Source: Chloroflexota bacterium
GTDB lineage: Bacteria; Chloroflexota; Dehalococcoidia; Bin125
Assembly (NCBI GenBank): GCA_028875225.1
Contig: JAPPFB010000021.1
Location: forward strand, 225,831-289,830
Length of the DNA stretch: 64,000 nucleotides
Direction of reading: 5' to 3'
Below the pieces are notes generated by a model. It did not search any database, was not told where the DNA came from, and was given only the letters and a program-made list of their open reading frames with translations. Position numbers and translations under genes: made by a program. Position 1 is the first letter of the stretch; each line of letters starts with the position of its first letter. Positions 37,832 to 48,100 of this stretch are shown one piece after another.

Positions 37832-40800
37832 ATGACCGCACAACTGATCGAAGAGGCCCGCGAGGGATTGCGCCAGTTCCCGCCCGCCCTGGCCCAGGAA
37901 TTCGAGGCGGCGGTCGAAGCGGCCCAGCCGATCCTCGAGCCCGACGAACTCGGCCAATGGCTGCGCGACGGCCTCGACATCGCCCGTCATTCCTTGCGTA
38001 GTTGGGAAGCCTCCTCCGAGTACTTCCGCGCTTCGGGCCCGGTGCTGGAGCAGATCACTTACGACCAGATGCGTGAATGGTGCGCCGTCGGTATTGACTT
38101 AATGGAGACCTCACCGGCCCTCTCGGGCGCCCTCTTCCGCGCCTCGCCCGCCGTGTTGCCGCATCTCTCGGTGACGCAGGCCAACGACTGGGCCGCCCAG
38201 GGCAAATCGCTCTACAAGGGAACCTGGAAGTCCGGATCCCTCTCGGCCCAGTACTTCGATGTCTCACCTCAGATTCTTCCCCACCTGCCGCTCTCTCAGA
38301 TGCGGCTCCTGGTCGATCTGATCGACTCGCTCGCCTCGCATTCCTACGAACTGGCCTCGGCCTGCCTCGGCATGGCGCCGGGTGTCCTCGCGCAACTCGA
38401 CCGCGCTGACCGCGCGCCGTTCCTCGAGTTCGGCGGCATCGTCGCGCACACCGCCTGGGTCGACGCTCGCGTCTACTTTGAGCGTGGACCCGGTGCCCTG
38501 CGCCAGGTCTCAGATGAGCAGCGGCCTCGCTACCTCTCCCTGGCCGGACAGGTGGCCATGCAGGTCGGACGCCTTGGCCATCCCTACTTCATCGAGGCCG
38601 CCCAGGCCTTCTCCGAGGTCGACAAGGACATCCACGAGGGCCTGCTCGAACTGGCCGAACAGCTCGCCCAGCACTCCGGCGACGCCGCCATGGAGTTCAT
38701 CAAGTCCTCGCCCCGTGTGGCCCAGCGCCTCGGCATCGACGACATCGCCCGCTGGCAGGAGTTCGGACTGCAGATTCTTCAGCAGTCGCGCGACGGCGGC
38801 GAGGCTTTCTTCCGCCTCGAATCCGCCCGCGGCGAGGAAGTCATGGAGGCGCTCAGCAGCCGAGTTGACCTCGACCGCGTCTCCGAACTCATCCGCATGT
38901 ACTGCAAGGCTCTGACCGGCGTTGATGTCGGCGTGAAAGCCTCTGAGGAGTTGACCGCCAAGGGCGTCGGCTGGGTCGACGAAAGCAGCCCAACCACCGA
39001 GGGCACCACGATTTATCTGCCCGAGAACGTCGAACGTTACCCGACGAAGGAAGAGAACTTCTCGGTCTACAAGGTCTTCGCCACCCACCAGGCCGGACGC
39101 CTGGAATTTGGCTCGTTCGAGTACCAGTCGGAACTCGATCCGAACCTGTTCCCTGCGGCTCAGAACGGTTCCTCGAACGGTCACGGCAACGGGGTCGTTC
39201 CGACCGTCGTCGAAGAAGAAGAACAGATCCACACCGACATGGAGCTGTTCTTCGACCGCTTCGACGACCGGCGCCTGGCGCACGACCTGTTCACGATCGT
39301 CGAGGACACGCGAATCGACACGATCGTCAAACGCGAATATGCCGGCGTGCGCCGCGCCTTTTCGCGTCTCCAGCAGGCCGCCATCGACCGCCGCCGGCCC
39401 GTCGAGGACATGCCTGCCCGCCAGGCGATGGTTGAAAATCTGCTGCGCGCCTCGCTCGACGAGATTGGTCGTATCCGCTGGCCCAACGAACTGGCCGAAG
39501 AAATGCGCACCCCGCTGCGGATCCTTAACCGCATCCGCAGCGAAGGCGCGACCGTCCAGGACAGCGCCGCCGCCACCGCGTTGCTCTACGAGTGGCTCTC
39601 GCAGATTCCCAACGTCGAACTCGACACTGAAGACTGGTCCGACTTCGAACAGGAAATGTCGGGCGACCCGGACGGCGGCGAAGACTCCGACATGATGCCC
39701 GGTTCCGGTTCATCCGGGCTCGAAGAGTCCTTCATGCCCTTCATGCCCGGCTCCGAGGAGCAACCCTACGACAGCCCCGATCCGGTCGACTTCCGCGGCG
39801 ACTTCAAGCCCGAACTCGTCCAGTTGCTGATGAAGCTCAAGGGCGAAACTGGCACCGGCGACGCCCCGCCAATCCCGCTGACCAAGGAACAGCTCCAGGA
39901 ACTGCTGGAGAAGTCGGTCGAGATCTCGATCAATGAGCTGATGGACATGGACCTGGCCGAGTCGTCGGGCATGTTCCTCGACAACCTGCTCAAGGAAGTC
40001 AACCAGATCCAGGGCGAGCGCCAGGAGGGCCAGCAGGCCATGGGCGACGACTCCACCGGCGCCGACGACGGTGAGGAACTGCCGGTCGAAGCCGCGTCGT
40101 TCTACTACGACGAGTGGGACTTCCGCGCTGCCGACTACAAGCCGCGCTGGTGCCGCGTGCAAGAACAACGCGGCGAATCTGGCACGTCCAACTACTACAC
40201 CGAGACCCTGCACGAGCACACACAGCTCGTCCAGGAGACCCGCAAACAGTTCGAGATGCTGCGGCCCGAGATGTTCCGCAAGATGAAGCGCCTGACCGAC
40301 GGCGAGGACTACGACCTCGACGCCGTGATCGAGTGGTACACCGAGAAGATTGCCGGCGCGACCTCCGAGACCAAGCTCTTCTATCGCCGCAACAAGGTCG
40401 ACCGCGACGTCGCCGTCGCCTTCCTGCTCGATGTCTCCGCCTCAACCGACGAGGAGATCCAGAAGCACCACGACCAGCGCCAGGACGACCAGTTCGACGA
40501 CGACCCGCGCAAGTACCTGAGCTGGTGGGCCCAGCGCCGCGCCGAGGCCGCCCGACACCCCGGCAAGCGGATCATCGATCTCGAGAAAGAGGCCACCGTC
40601 CTGTTAATCGAGGCGCTCGAGACCATCGGCGACAAGTACGGCGTCTACGGCTTCTCCGGCTACGGCCGCGACAACGTCGAGTTCTTCGTCTATAAGGACA
40701 TGGACGAGCCCTTCGGCGACCGGATCAAGGAGCGCATCGACAAGATCGCTCCCGTCCGCTCGACCCGCATGGGCCCCGCCATCCGACACTGCATCTGGAA

Positions 40801-41092
40801 GCTGCAGAACACCGACGCCAAGGTCAAGATCCTGATGTTGCTCTCCGACGGGCGTCCGCAGGACCACGGCTACGGCCGCGACCGCACCGAGAAGGAATAC
40901 GCGATCCACGACACCAAGATGGCGCTCACCGAGGCGCGCCGCGAGGGCATGGTCCCGTTCGCCCTGACCGTCGACCGGGCCGGCCACGATTACCTCAAGC
41001 AGATGTGCCAGGACATGGCGTACGAGGTCGTCGCCGACATCGAGTCCCTCCCACGCCGCCTCCCCGCCCTCTACCGCCGCCTCACCGGCTAG
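37832..41092 (+). CDS. giant CbbO/NorD-like protein with C-terminal von Willebrand factor A (MIDAS) domain
   Basis: C-terminal VAFLLDVSAST (DxSxS MIDAS); N-terminal repeated SP.(V/I)LPHL motifs; acidic linker; ATG 37832. Confidence 0.75.
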   Translation: MTAQLIEEAREGLRQFPPALAQEFEAAVEAAQPILEPDELGQWLRDGLDIARHSLRSWEASSEYFRASGPVLEQITYDQMREWCAVGIDLMETSPALSGALFRASPAVLPHLSVTQANDWAAQGKSLYKGTWKSGSLSAQYFDVSPQILPHLPLSQMRLLVDLIDSLASHSYELASACLGMAPGVLAQLDRADRAPFLEFGGIVAHTAWVDARVYFERGPGALRQVSDEQRPRYLSLAGQVAMQVGRLGHPYFIEAAQAFSEVDKDIHEGLLELAEQLAQHSGDAAMEFIKSSPRVAQRLGIDDIARWQEFGLQILQQSRDGGEAFFRLESARGEEVMEALSSRVDLDRVSELIRMYCKALTGVDVGVKASEELTAKGVGWVDESSPTTEGTTIYLPENVERYPTKEENFSVYKVFATHQAGRLEFGSFEYQSELDPNLFPAAQNGSSNGHGNGVVPTVVEEEEQIHTDMELFFDRFDDRRLAHDLFTIVEDTRIDTIVKREYAGVRRAFSRLQQAAIDRRRPVEDMPARQAMVENLLRASLDEIGRIRWPNELAEEMRTPLRILNRIRSEGATVQDSAAATALLYEWLSQIPNVELDTEDWSDFEQEMSGDPDGGEDSDMMPGSGSSGLEESFMPFMPGSEEQPYDSPDPVDFRGDFKPELVQLLMKLKGETGTGDAPPIPLTKEQLQELLEKSVEISINELMDMDLAESSGMFLDNLLKEVNQIQGERQEGQQAMGDDSTGADDGEELPVEAASFYYDEWDFRAADYKPRWCRVQEQRGESGTSNYYTETLHEHTQLVQETRKQFEMLRPEMFRKMKRLTDGEDYDLDAVIEWYTEKIAGATSETKLFYRRNKVDRDVAVAFLLDVSASTDEEIQKHHDQRQDDQFDDDPRKYLSWWAQRRAEAARHPGKRIIDLEKEATVLLIEALETIGDKYGVYGFSGYGRDNVEFFVYKDMDEPFGDRIKERIDKIAPVRSTRMGPAIRHCIWKLQNTDAKVKILMLLSDGRPQDHGYGRDRTEKEYAIHDTKMALTEARREGMVPFALTVDRAGHDYLKQMCQDMAYEVVADIESLPRRLPALYRRLTG

Positions 41093-41100
41093 CAATCAAG

Positions 41101-41146
41101 ACCTCCCCCTCTGGGGGAGGTGCCGCGAAGCGGCGGAGGGGGCCGC
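41101..41146 (+). repeat. REP-like structured repeat, copy E (hairpin 2 re-paired as GCCGC-GAA-GCGGC)
   Basis: acctccccctctgggggaggtgccgcgaagcggcggagggggccgc. Confidence 0.75.
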
Positions 41147-41164
41147 TCCGGCTACCATGACCGC

Positions 41165-41509
41165 ATGTCATTCCTCGCCGCCACCCTGACCACCGCGGGC
41201 ATCGCCGCCGCCTTCGTCGCGACCCTGATCGGTCGTGAATCGCTCAGCCTCTACATCGTCTGTGCCGTGGTTGCCGCCGCCGGCCTCCTCCTGATGCTGC
41301 TGCACATCGCCCGACGCCGCCGCGACGCCGCTCCCTGGTACGCGCTCGCGCCCATGGCGATCGTCGTGGCGCTGCTCGGAGTGGCCGCCTCCGGAGCCAC
41401 TTGCGGAGTCGCCTGCATCGCCTGGGGCAGCCCGGTTGCCGCCGCAACCCTCGTCATCCCCGACATCCGCGGCTGGTTCGACCGCAAGCGACCGCTCAAA
41501 CGCGTCTAG
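41165..41509 (+). CDS. small hypothetical membrane protein
   Basis: 3 hydrophobic helices; ATG 41165 after repeat copy E. Confidence 0.45.
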   Translation: MSFLAATLTTAGIAAAFVATLIGRESLSLYIVCAVVAAAGLLLMLLHIARRRRDAAPWYALAPMAIVVALLGVAASGATCGVACIAWGSPVAAATLVIPDIRGWFDRKRPLKRV

Positions 41510-44500
41510 TTCGTCAGCCGCAGCTCGCGATTCAGCTCCAGCTTCAGGAACCAGCGCCAGGTCGCCAGCACGCCGACCACCAGCACTCCGATCAGTACGG
41601 CAAACGCGATCCCCAGGATCTGCCAGTCCGTCTCAATCTGGAAGGGCGGCAACACGGTGCGCCCGTTCTCGTCGATCTCCAGGTAGCCCAACAGCAACAG
41701 CGAGATCCGGTTGCCCAATAGCACGCCGAGCACCAGACCCGTGCCCACGATGATCGCGTACTCGAAAAACAGCTGGATCAGAATGCTCACGTTGCCCACC
41801 CCGACCGTACGCAACAACGCCATCTCCAGCCGCCGCTGACGCGCCGACACCGCCATCGACACCAGAAACGCCAGCGCCAACAGCAGCGAGATCGCGATGA
41901 AGGCCACCAGCAGAATCCCGGAGCCGCCCGCGGTGGTCAGTGGATCGCGTCCGCTGTCGTCAAGCCGCTGTTCGCGGTCGAAGAATGTGCCCAACGAATA
42001 GCGTGGACGCCTCAGTTCCTCTTTGGCCGCCTCACGCAGCGCCGGATCCTCTGCCAGGTCCAGCCATACCTCCGTCGGCGTCACCGTCGGGCGCAGCGCC
42101 GTCACCGATCCCATGTGGAACAGCGCGTCGTAGTCGGCCACGATGAATGACAGGACATCCGGGCGTAGCGTCGGGAACAGCTCCACGATGCTGGCCACGC
42201 GAGCCGTGATCACGACCGTATCGAGGCGCAGTGGATAGCGGTCACCGACGTCGAGGCGTTGCCGCTCGGCGAAGTCGGCGCTGACGATCGTGGGCAGCGT
42301 GCATCGGGTGTTGGTGCAGAACGACGGATCGGCAAAGTGCGCGGCGCGAAGTCCCGGCGATTGGCCGACTCCTGGCCGAAACGCCATGACGTACTCACCC
42401 GAAATCGGATCCTCGTCGCGCTCGAACTCAATCTCGTCGCCGGTGCCGCGTCTCTGGACGAACTCCAGCCAACGTCGATTCTCGAAATCCTCAATGATCA
42501 GCTCGCGTCCGTCCGGTTGAATCGCCGTCACCGCGTCGAAGTACACCGTGGCCGGCTCCGACACGAATAGACCAAACGGTTCACTCATGGTGATCGCATG
42601 CAGCGAATACGGTGGCGCCGCCCCCGAGCCGACGATCTCATTTTGGAAATCGATGTCGATTGCGGTCCAGGGACTCTCGGCGGCCGGCATCTCGAGTCCG
42701 CCGGCCGTGATGTACCGGCCGTCACCATCGCGCACACGCAGCCAGAATGATTGATCCGTCTCGCCCTCGCCCATCCGGACCCAGACCCGAAGCGTCTCGG
42801 TCTCCTCGGGAATGCCGACCCCGCGTCCGACAGGCGGCACATCGATCGCGCCGATCAACTCCTCAAACGTCAGTAACGACATGTCCTCGCGGAACCACAT
42901 CATCTCGACGGCGGCCTTCGGCTCGAGACCCAGGATCGTCACACTCGTGGTCGTTCCAACGCTGCGGCCCGCCGACACTTTGCTCCGATGAATCGAGGCA
43001 ATGCCCTCGACGCCCTCAATTGGCCCCAGTCGATCACGCACTCCGTTGGCGCTCGAATACCCGCTCTCTCCCAGCTCGACCCTGAACTCCACCCCGTTGT
43101 CGTATTCGATTCGTTCCTCGAGCGAGAGCTCGACCGTATCCGCGTACGAGGCCGCGAACGTGCCAAGCGCGGCGCCAAGCATCAGCAGGATGGTGAGGCG
43201 CGCCGCCGGGCCAACCGTGCGGCTGACGTACCGCAGCGTGGACGCGATCGACAGCGGGAACCGGTCGTAGGTCAGCCACGCGAAGAATCGATACAGATAC
43301 GGCAAGAATCGCAGAATCACCAGCGTCGCCGCCAGCGCGAACAGGATCGGGGTGCTCAACAACAATGGATCAGCCGAGAGTCCGCCCACGCTGTCCCGTT
43401 CAAACACGGTGCCCTTCAGATCCGCTTCGAAGATCAGGCCGACGGCCACGAAGACGAGTGCGACATCCAGGAAGTAACGCTGCAGCGCATTCGGACCGGC
43501 CGGACGCGACACGCCGCGCAGCCGTTCCGACAGCACCCGCGTACGACTCGCGATTACCAGCGGCGCCAGGGTGAACAGCACCGCCACGATCGCCCCCGCT
43601 GCCGAGAGCAGGAACGCCATGTCGGTCAGCGTCGTCGGAATCGTCTCCCCGCCGGTCAACGGTTCAAAGACCGGCGTGAAGCCAAGCAATCCGATCACGC
43701 CCATCGAAATGAACGGGGCCACCGCCGCCGCGACGATCGCGAGCAGAATTCCCTCGATCGCCGTATGCGAGATCACCTGAACGATCGATGCGCCGCGTGA
43801 ACGCATCGAAAACAGTTCTTCTCGACGCTGCGCGACCTGCACTCCCGACACGATCACTACATAGAACAGCGCGATCCCGACCACCTGCGCCAGCAACATC
43901 AGGATCGGTACCTGCGTGAAGTTCAAGTCCTTGACGAACGATTCCAGGCGCGGTTCGATCGGCGAACGCAGCGATGCTCCCACCGATCGCAGATCGGCGC
44001 GCAATAGGTCGAACGACTCCCGCGTATCGTCGAGCACCGCCACGTTCAGTTGGTCGGTGTCCAACTCCGAGATCCACATGGTGTTGAGCAGATATCCGCT
44101 CATCACTCGCGAGAGCGTGCTGTCGAACGTCTGCGAGGGAATGATTAGCGGAGCCGTGATTGGCCGAGCTGGTCCCGAATACACGCCGAACGTGATCTCG
44201 CGCGGTACCCGCGTCCAGTAGGAACTGACCGTGTTGTCGGGTTCCACGATCCCCGTGACCACGACGGGGATCAATCGCGTGATCGCCATGGTCGGCTCGC
44301 ACGGTGGTCGCGGAGGTGGGGGCGGTCCTCCGGGCGGAGGATCGGGTTCGCGGTCGCACTCGTCGTATCCGTCGATGATCTGCCATTCCGACCCCACCCC
44401 TACCCCGAACATCGCCGACCCACGCGGCGTGATGGCGACTTCAATCGGAGCGTCGAGCCAACCGGACTCGTTCAACTCCGGCGGACGCGGAAACCGCCCT

Positions 44501-44925
44501 TCGACCACATTGACGTTGTCCTCGGCCTCGTCCAGTGCGGCGAAGAACGCAGTCGTCGGGAACACCTGGCTCGGCCTCAGCGGGAAGTTGATCTCCGACG
44601 GCACGGTCGTCCGAAAACGCAAGCGTCGCGTCTCGAGATCGCCGAAACGGTCGCCAATTGAATCACTCGTGTAGTTGCGGGCAGACTCGTTTGGCCCGCC
44701 GGCGATCGGCAGTCCGTTGAGGAACGTAAACATCTGCCGACGTTCGGTCAGATCCTCACGCAAGCTGACGGTCAGTGACAGGTCGGACACGGCGCGCGTA
44801 TAGATCGTGGTCGAGGACATCAGCACGGCCGCAACCAGGATCCCTGCCGCGATCACCAATTGCAGCCGCCAGCTATCGCGCATGCGACGCAACACGAACC
44901 CCAGGACGGCGCCGAACGACTCCAC
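41506..44925 (-). CDS. giant FtsX-domain ABC-type permease (two FtsX/MacB-like permease modules), paralog 1
   Basis: 1139 aa, N-terminal TM then large extracytoplasmic region, repeated 4-TM FtsX-like blocks. Confidence 0.75.
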   Translation of the reverse strand: MESFGAVLGFVLRRMRDSWRLQLVIAAGILVAAVLMSSTTIYTRAVSDLSLTVSLREDLTERRQMFTFLNGLPIAGGPNESARNYTSDSIGDRFGDLETRRLRFRTTVPSEINFPLRPSQVFPTTAFFAALDEAEDNVNVVEGRFPRPPELNESGWLDAPIEVAITPRGSAMFGVGVGSEWQIIDGYDECDREPDPPPGGPPPPPRPPCEPTMAITRLIPVVVTGIVEPDNTVSSYWTRVPREITFGVYSGPARPITAPLIIPSQTFDSTLSRVMSGYLLNTMWISELDTDQLNVAVLDDTRESFDLLRADLRSVGASLRSPIEPRLESFVKDLNFTQVPILMLLAQVVGIALFYVVIVSGVQVAQRREELFSMRSRGASIVQVISHTAIEGILLAIVAAAVAPFISMGVIGLLGFTPVFEPLTGGETIPTTLTDMAFLLSAAGAIVAVLFTLAPLVIASRTRVLSERLRGVSRPAGPNALQRYFLDVALVFVAVGLIFEADLKGTVFERDSVGGLSADPLLLSTPILFALAATLVILRFLPYLYRFFAWLTYDRFPLSIASTLRYVSRTVGPAARLTILLMLGAALGTFAASYADTVELSLEERIEYDNGVEFRVELGESGYSSANGVRDRLGPIEGVEGIASIHRSKVSAGRSVGTTTSVTILGLEPKAAVEMMWFREDMSLLTFEELIGAIDVPPVGRGVGIPEETETLRVWVRMGEGETDQSFWLRVRDGDGRYITAGGLEMPAAESPWTAIDIDFQNEIVGSGAAPPYSLHAITMSEPFGLFVSEPATVYFDAVTAIQPDGRELIIEDFENRRWLEFVQRRGTGDEIEFERDEDPISGEYVMAFRPGVGQSPGLRAAHFADPSFCTNTRCTLPTIVSADFAERQRLDVGDRYPLRLDTVVITARVASIVELFPTLRPDVLSFIVADYDALFHMGSVTALRPTVTPTEVWLDLAEDPALREAAKEELRRPRYSLGTFFDREQRLDDSGRDPLTTAGGSGILLVAFIAISLLLALAFLVSMAVSARQRRLEMALLRTVGVGNVSILIQLFFEYAIIVGTGLVLGVLLGNRISLLLLGYLEIDENGRTVLPPFQIETDWQILGIAFAVLIGVLVVGVLATWRWFLKLELNRELRLTN

Positions 44926-45103
44926 CCGAACCCTCGCTGCCTGCTCAGTGTTCGCCGCCGCCGACTACCCGGTGGGACGCTGGAATTTGCCCGATCCCTA
45001 GTAGTCTACGAAGGCGGCGCGGTCGAACATACCCCCTCCAACCCCATCCGCCCCATCGGGCGGCTGCCACCGCTGGAAGCGCGACAGGGCGGCACCAAGC
45101 AGC

Positions 45104-48100
45104 ATGGGCGACATCTTCAGCTCGTTCCCCACGGCCTTCCGAATCGCGGTTCGGCGTCTCAACGGCAACCGTCGGCTGATGGCTGCCGTCGCCGTCGGCG
45201 TGATCCTCGCCGTGGCGCTGATGGCGTCCACGACGATCTACCGCAACGCGCTCCAGGACCTCGGTCTGCAGACTGACCTGCGCCGAGTCTCCGACGCCGA
45301 GCTCGACGTTCGCATCCTCAACGCCGCCCACGGGCTCTCCAGCGGCCTGGCCGATCAATCGTTCGAAGTGATTGATCGCCGGCTCAGAATCCCCCGCGAC
45401 TACATCTCTGAGACGAACCACTCGCTCACGACCGCCACCTTCTTTATGACCGCGGTGGGCGAAACGCCACCGGACGAAGATCCGCGTGATCGTGCCCGTG
45501 TGCTCTGGTTTGAAGGCATCCGCGACCATATTGAACTCGTCGATGGCCAATGGCCCGATCCGACTCCCGCCGCTACCCCTGACGAACCGCCAATAGTCGA
45601 TGTCGCGATGGGAACCGAGGCGGCCGCCTCGGGCGGCTTCAGCCTCGGCCAAATCCGGGACATCCATGCCTCCTGGCGAGACGATGCGCGACCGATCCAG
45701 ATCCGCGTCGTCGGACTCGTCCGGCCCATCGACTACAACGACCGCTACTGGGGCGTGCGCCGCGACCATTTCCACGTGCCGGTCGAGAAAACCGACGCGT
45801 TCGCATTCTTCGCGCCCAGGTCCACGCTAATCGACGCCATGGCCGGCTACATGCCCGAGCTGCGCGCCAGGCTGGAGGCCTACGCGCAGGTGGATCGATC
45901 GGCCTTTGTCGCTGACGACGCCGGCCTGGCCGCGATTCGCTTCCGCGCCGCCTTTGAGGCCATCGCCAAGGAGATCGAGCGAACCCGCGTCGAGACCGAG
46001 ATCGTCAACGTCCTCAACGACTACGAGACCAAGGAGTTTTTCTCCTCGATCCCGCTGCTCGTGTTGACCCTCCAGATCGTGGGGATCGTGCTCTTCTATC
46101 TGGTGCTCGTCTCCACCATGGTGGTCGACCGTCAGTCCGGAGAAGTCGCGTTGCTCAAGTCGCGCGGGGCCGGACTGGGACACATCATGTCGATCTCGAC
46201 GATCGAGGGACTGCTGCTGGTCGCGCTTGCCTTGGGAGTGGGACCGTTCGTCGCGCGCGAAGCGATTGCCTTCCTGGGCTACTCGCCCGCCTTCGAGGGG
46301 CTAACCGGAGGCGCGCGGCTATCGGTGGAATTGACCGGCGAGGTCTACATCTATGCCGCGATCGGCGCCGCCTTGAGCTTCATCGCCCTGATCTGGCCGG
46401 CCTGGCGATCCAATCGCAGCACCGTCGTACATCATGCGCGTTCCACCTCGCGACCCGAGGACAAACCGGTGTTCCAGCGCTACTACCTCGACCTCGTGGT
46501 CGTCGGAGTTGGCGCCCTGCTCTTCTTCCAGTTGCAGGAATCCGGGTCACTGGTCACCGAGGACCTCTTCGGCGGTCTGCAGCAGGACCCGCTGTTACTC
46601 ATCGCCCCCGCCGTGTTTGTCGTCACCGTGGCGGTCCTGTTCCTGCGCCTCTTCCCGCTGTTGCTCTCTGCCTTCGGCGGTGTTGCTCGCCTGCTCGGCG
46701 GCGCTTCGACGCAAATGGTCCTCTGGCATCTGACCCGCGCGCCCGTCCAGCCCGGTCGCCTTGCGCTGCTGCTGATCATGGCGACGTCGCTGGGCATGTT
46801 CGGCGGAACCTTCGGCGCCACGCTCGACAAGTCATTCGACGATCGAGCCGCCTACCGATCGGGAGCGCCGATGCGGCTGGCCGACTTGCGCAGCAGCGGC
46901 GCATCCGCGGACATGTTGGCGGCCGATCTCGCCAATGCCCCCGGCATCGGCAGAATCTCCTATGTCATCCGACAGAATGCCTCGTTCTCTCGCGGGCCGC
47001 TCGATGTGACCGACGCCTCCGTGCTCGGAGTGGATCCCGACTCGTTCGGCGACGTGCTCTGGTACCGCGACGACTTCGCACTTGACGATGTCCGCGAACT
47101 GATCGATCGGGTCACCGCGCCCGAATTTGAGGTCGAGCAGATCGTGATCCCCGCCGACGCCACCTATGTCGGTATGTGGCTCTGGTTACCCGACACCAGC
47201 GGGTCCATCGGCCCCAGCTTGAGGATGCGCGACGGCCAGGGACGCTATCGGGATGTCCGGCTGATCGGTCTGCCGCGAAGCCGCGGGTTCGGCGGCGGTG
47301 AACTCGAAGAAGGTTGGAGATTCCTCTACGGCAATCTCACAGAAGGTACCGGCGCACCGCACGTCGGTCCTTGGACCGTGCAGAACATCTCGATTCGCAC
47401 TGGCGGCAATGCCAATTTCTCTGGCGAGGTCGGCTATGACTCGCTTCAGTACACCACCGAAGCAGCACTGCCCGACGACGTCATCAATCTCGGGTTCCGT
47501 GAAGGCGTGATCGTCGAAAGCTTCGAAGAGCAGGGGCGTTGGACCGTGTTCACCGACACGACGCGCGCCGGCGCGCTCCCGGATGACGCCCGGCTCTCGC
47601 CCGACCAGGCCCGCGACGGCGAGTTCGGCATGCGCTATCGCTGGAATCGCGAAGTGCGTTCCGGCTTGCCTCGCGGGGTGCGGCTGATAGGCCCCGACGC
47701 CGCATTGCCGGTGATCGTGAGTCGGGATTTCCTCACGGAAGCGGCGCTTGACGAGGGCCAGCTTGCCCTGGTCGGCATGGCCGGCGTCTACATACCGATG
47801 CAGATCGTCGGCGCATTCGATCTCTTCCCCACCTGGGACCCAGAGGACGCCCGTTCGCTCATCATCGCCAACCGCGACTATCTCAACTATCGGATCAACC
47901 GAAACCCCGCCACCCTCGGCGCTGGCTCCCCCAACGAGATCTGGATCCAGCCGACCGACGACGATGGGTTGCGGCAACTGCGAACCTTCCTCGAGGTCAC
48001 CCCTCCCTGGAAACACGACCTGTACGATGTCGACGCCATTCGCAACTTGCAGGACGAGGACCCGCTCGTCGCCGCCGGTTGGGAAGGCCTGCTCTTCCTC

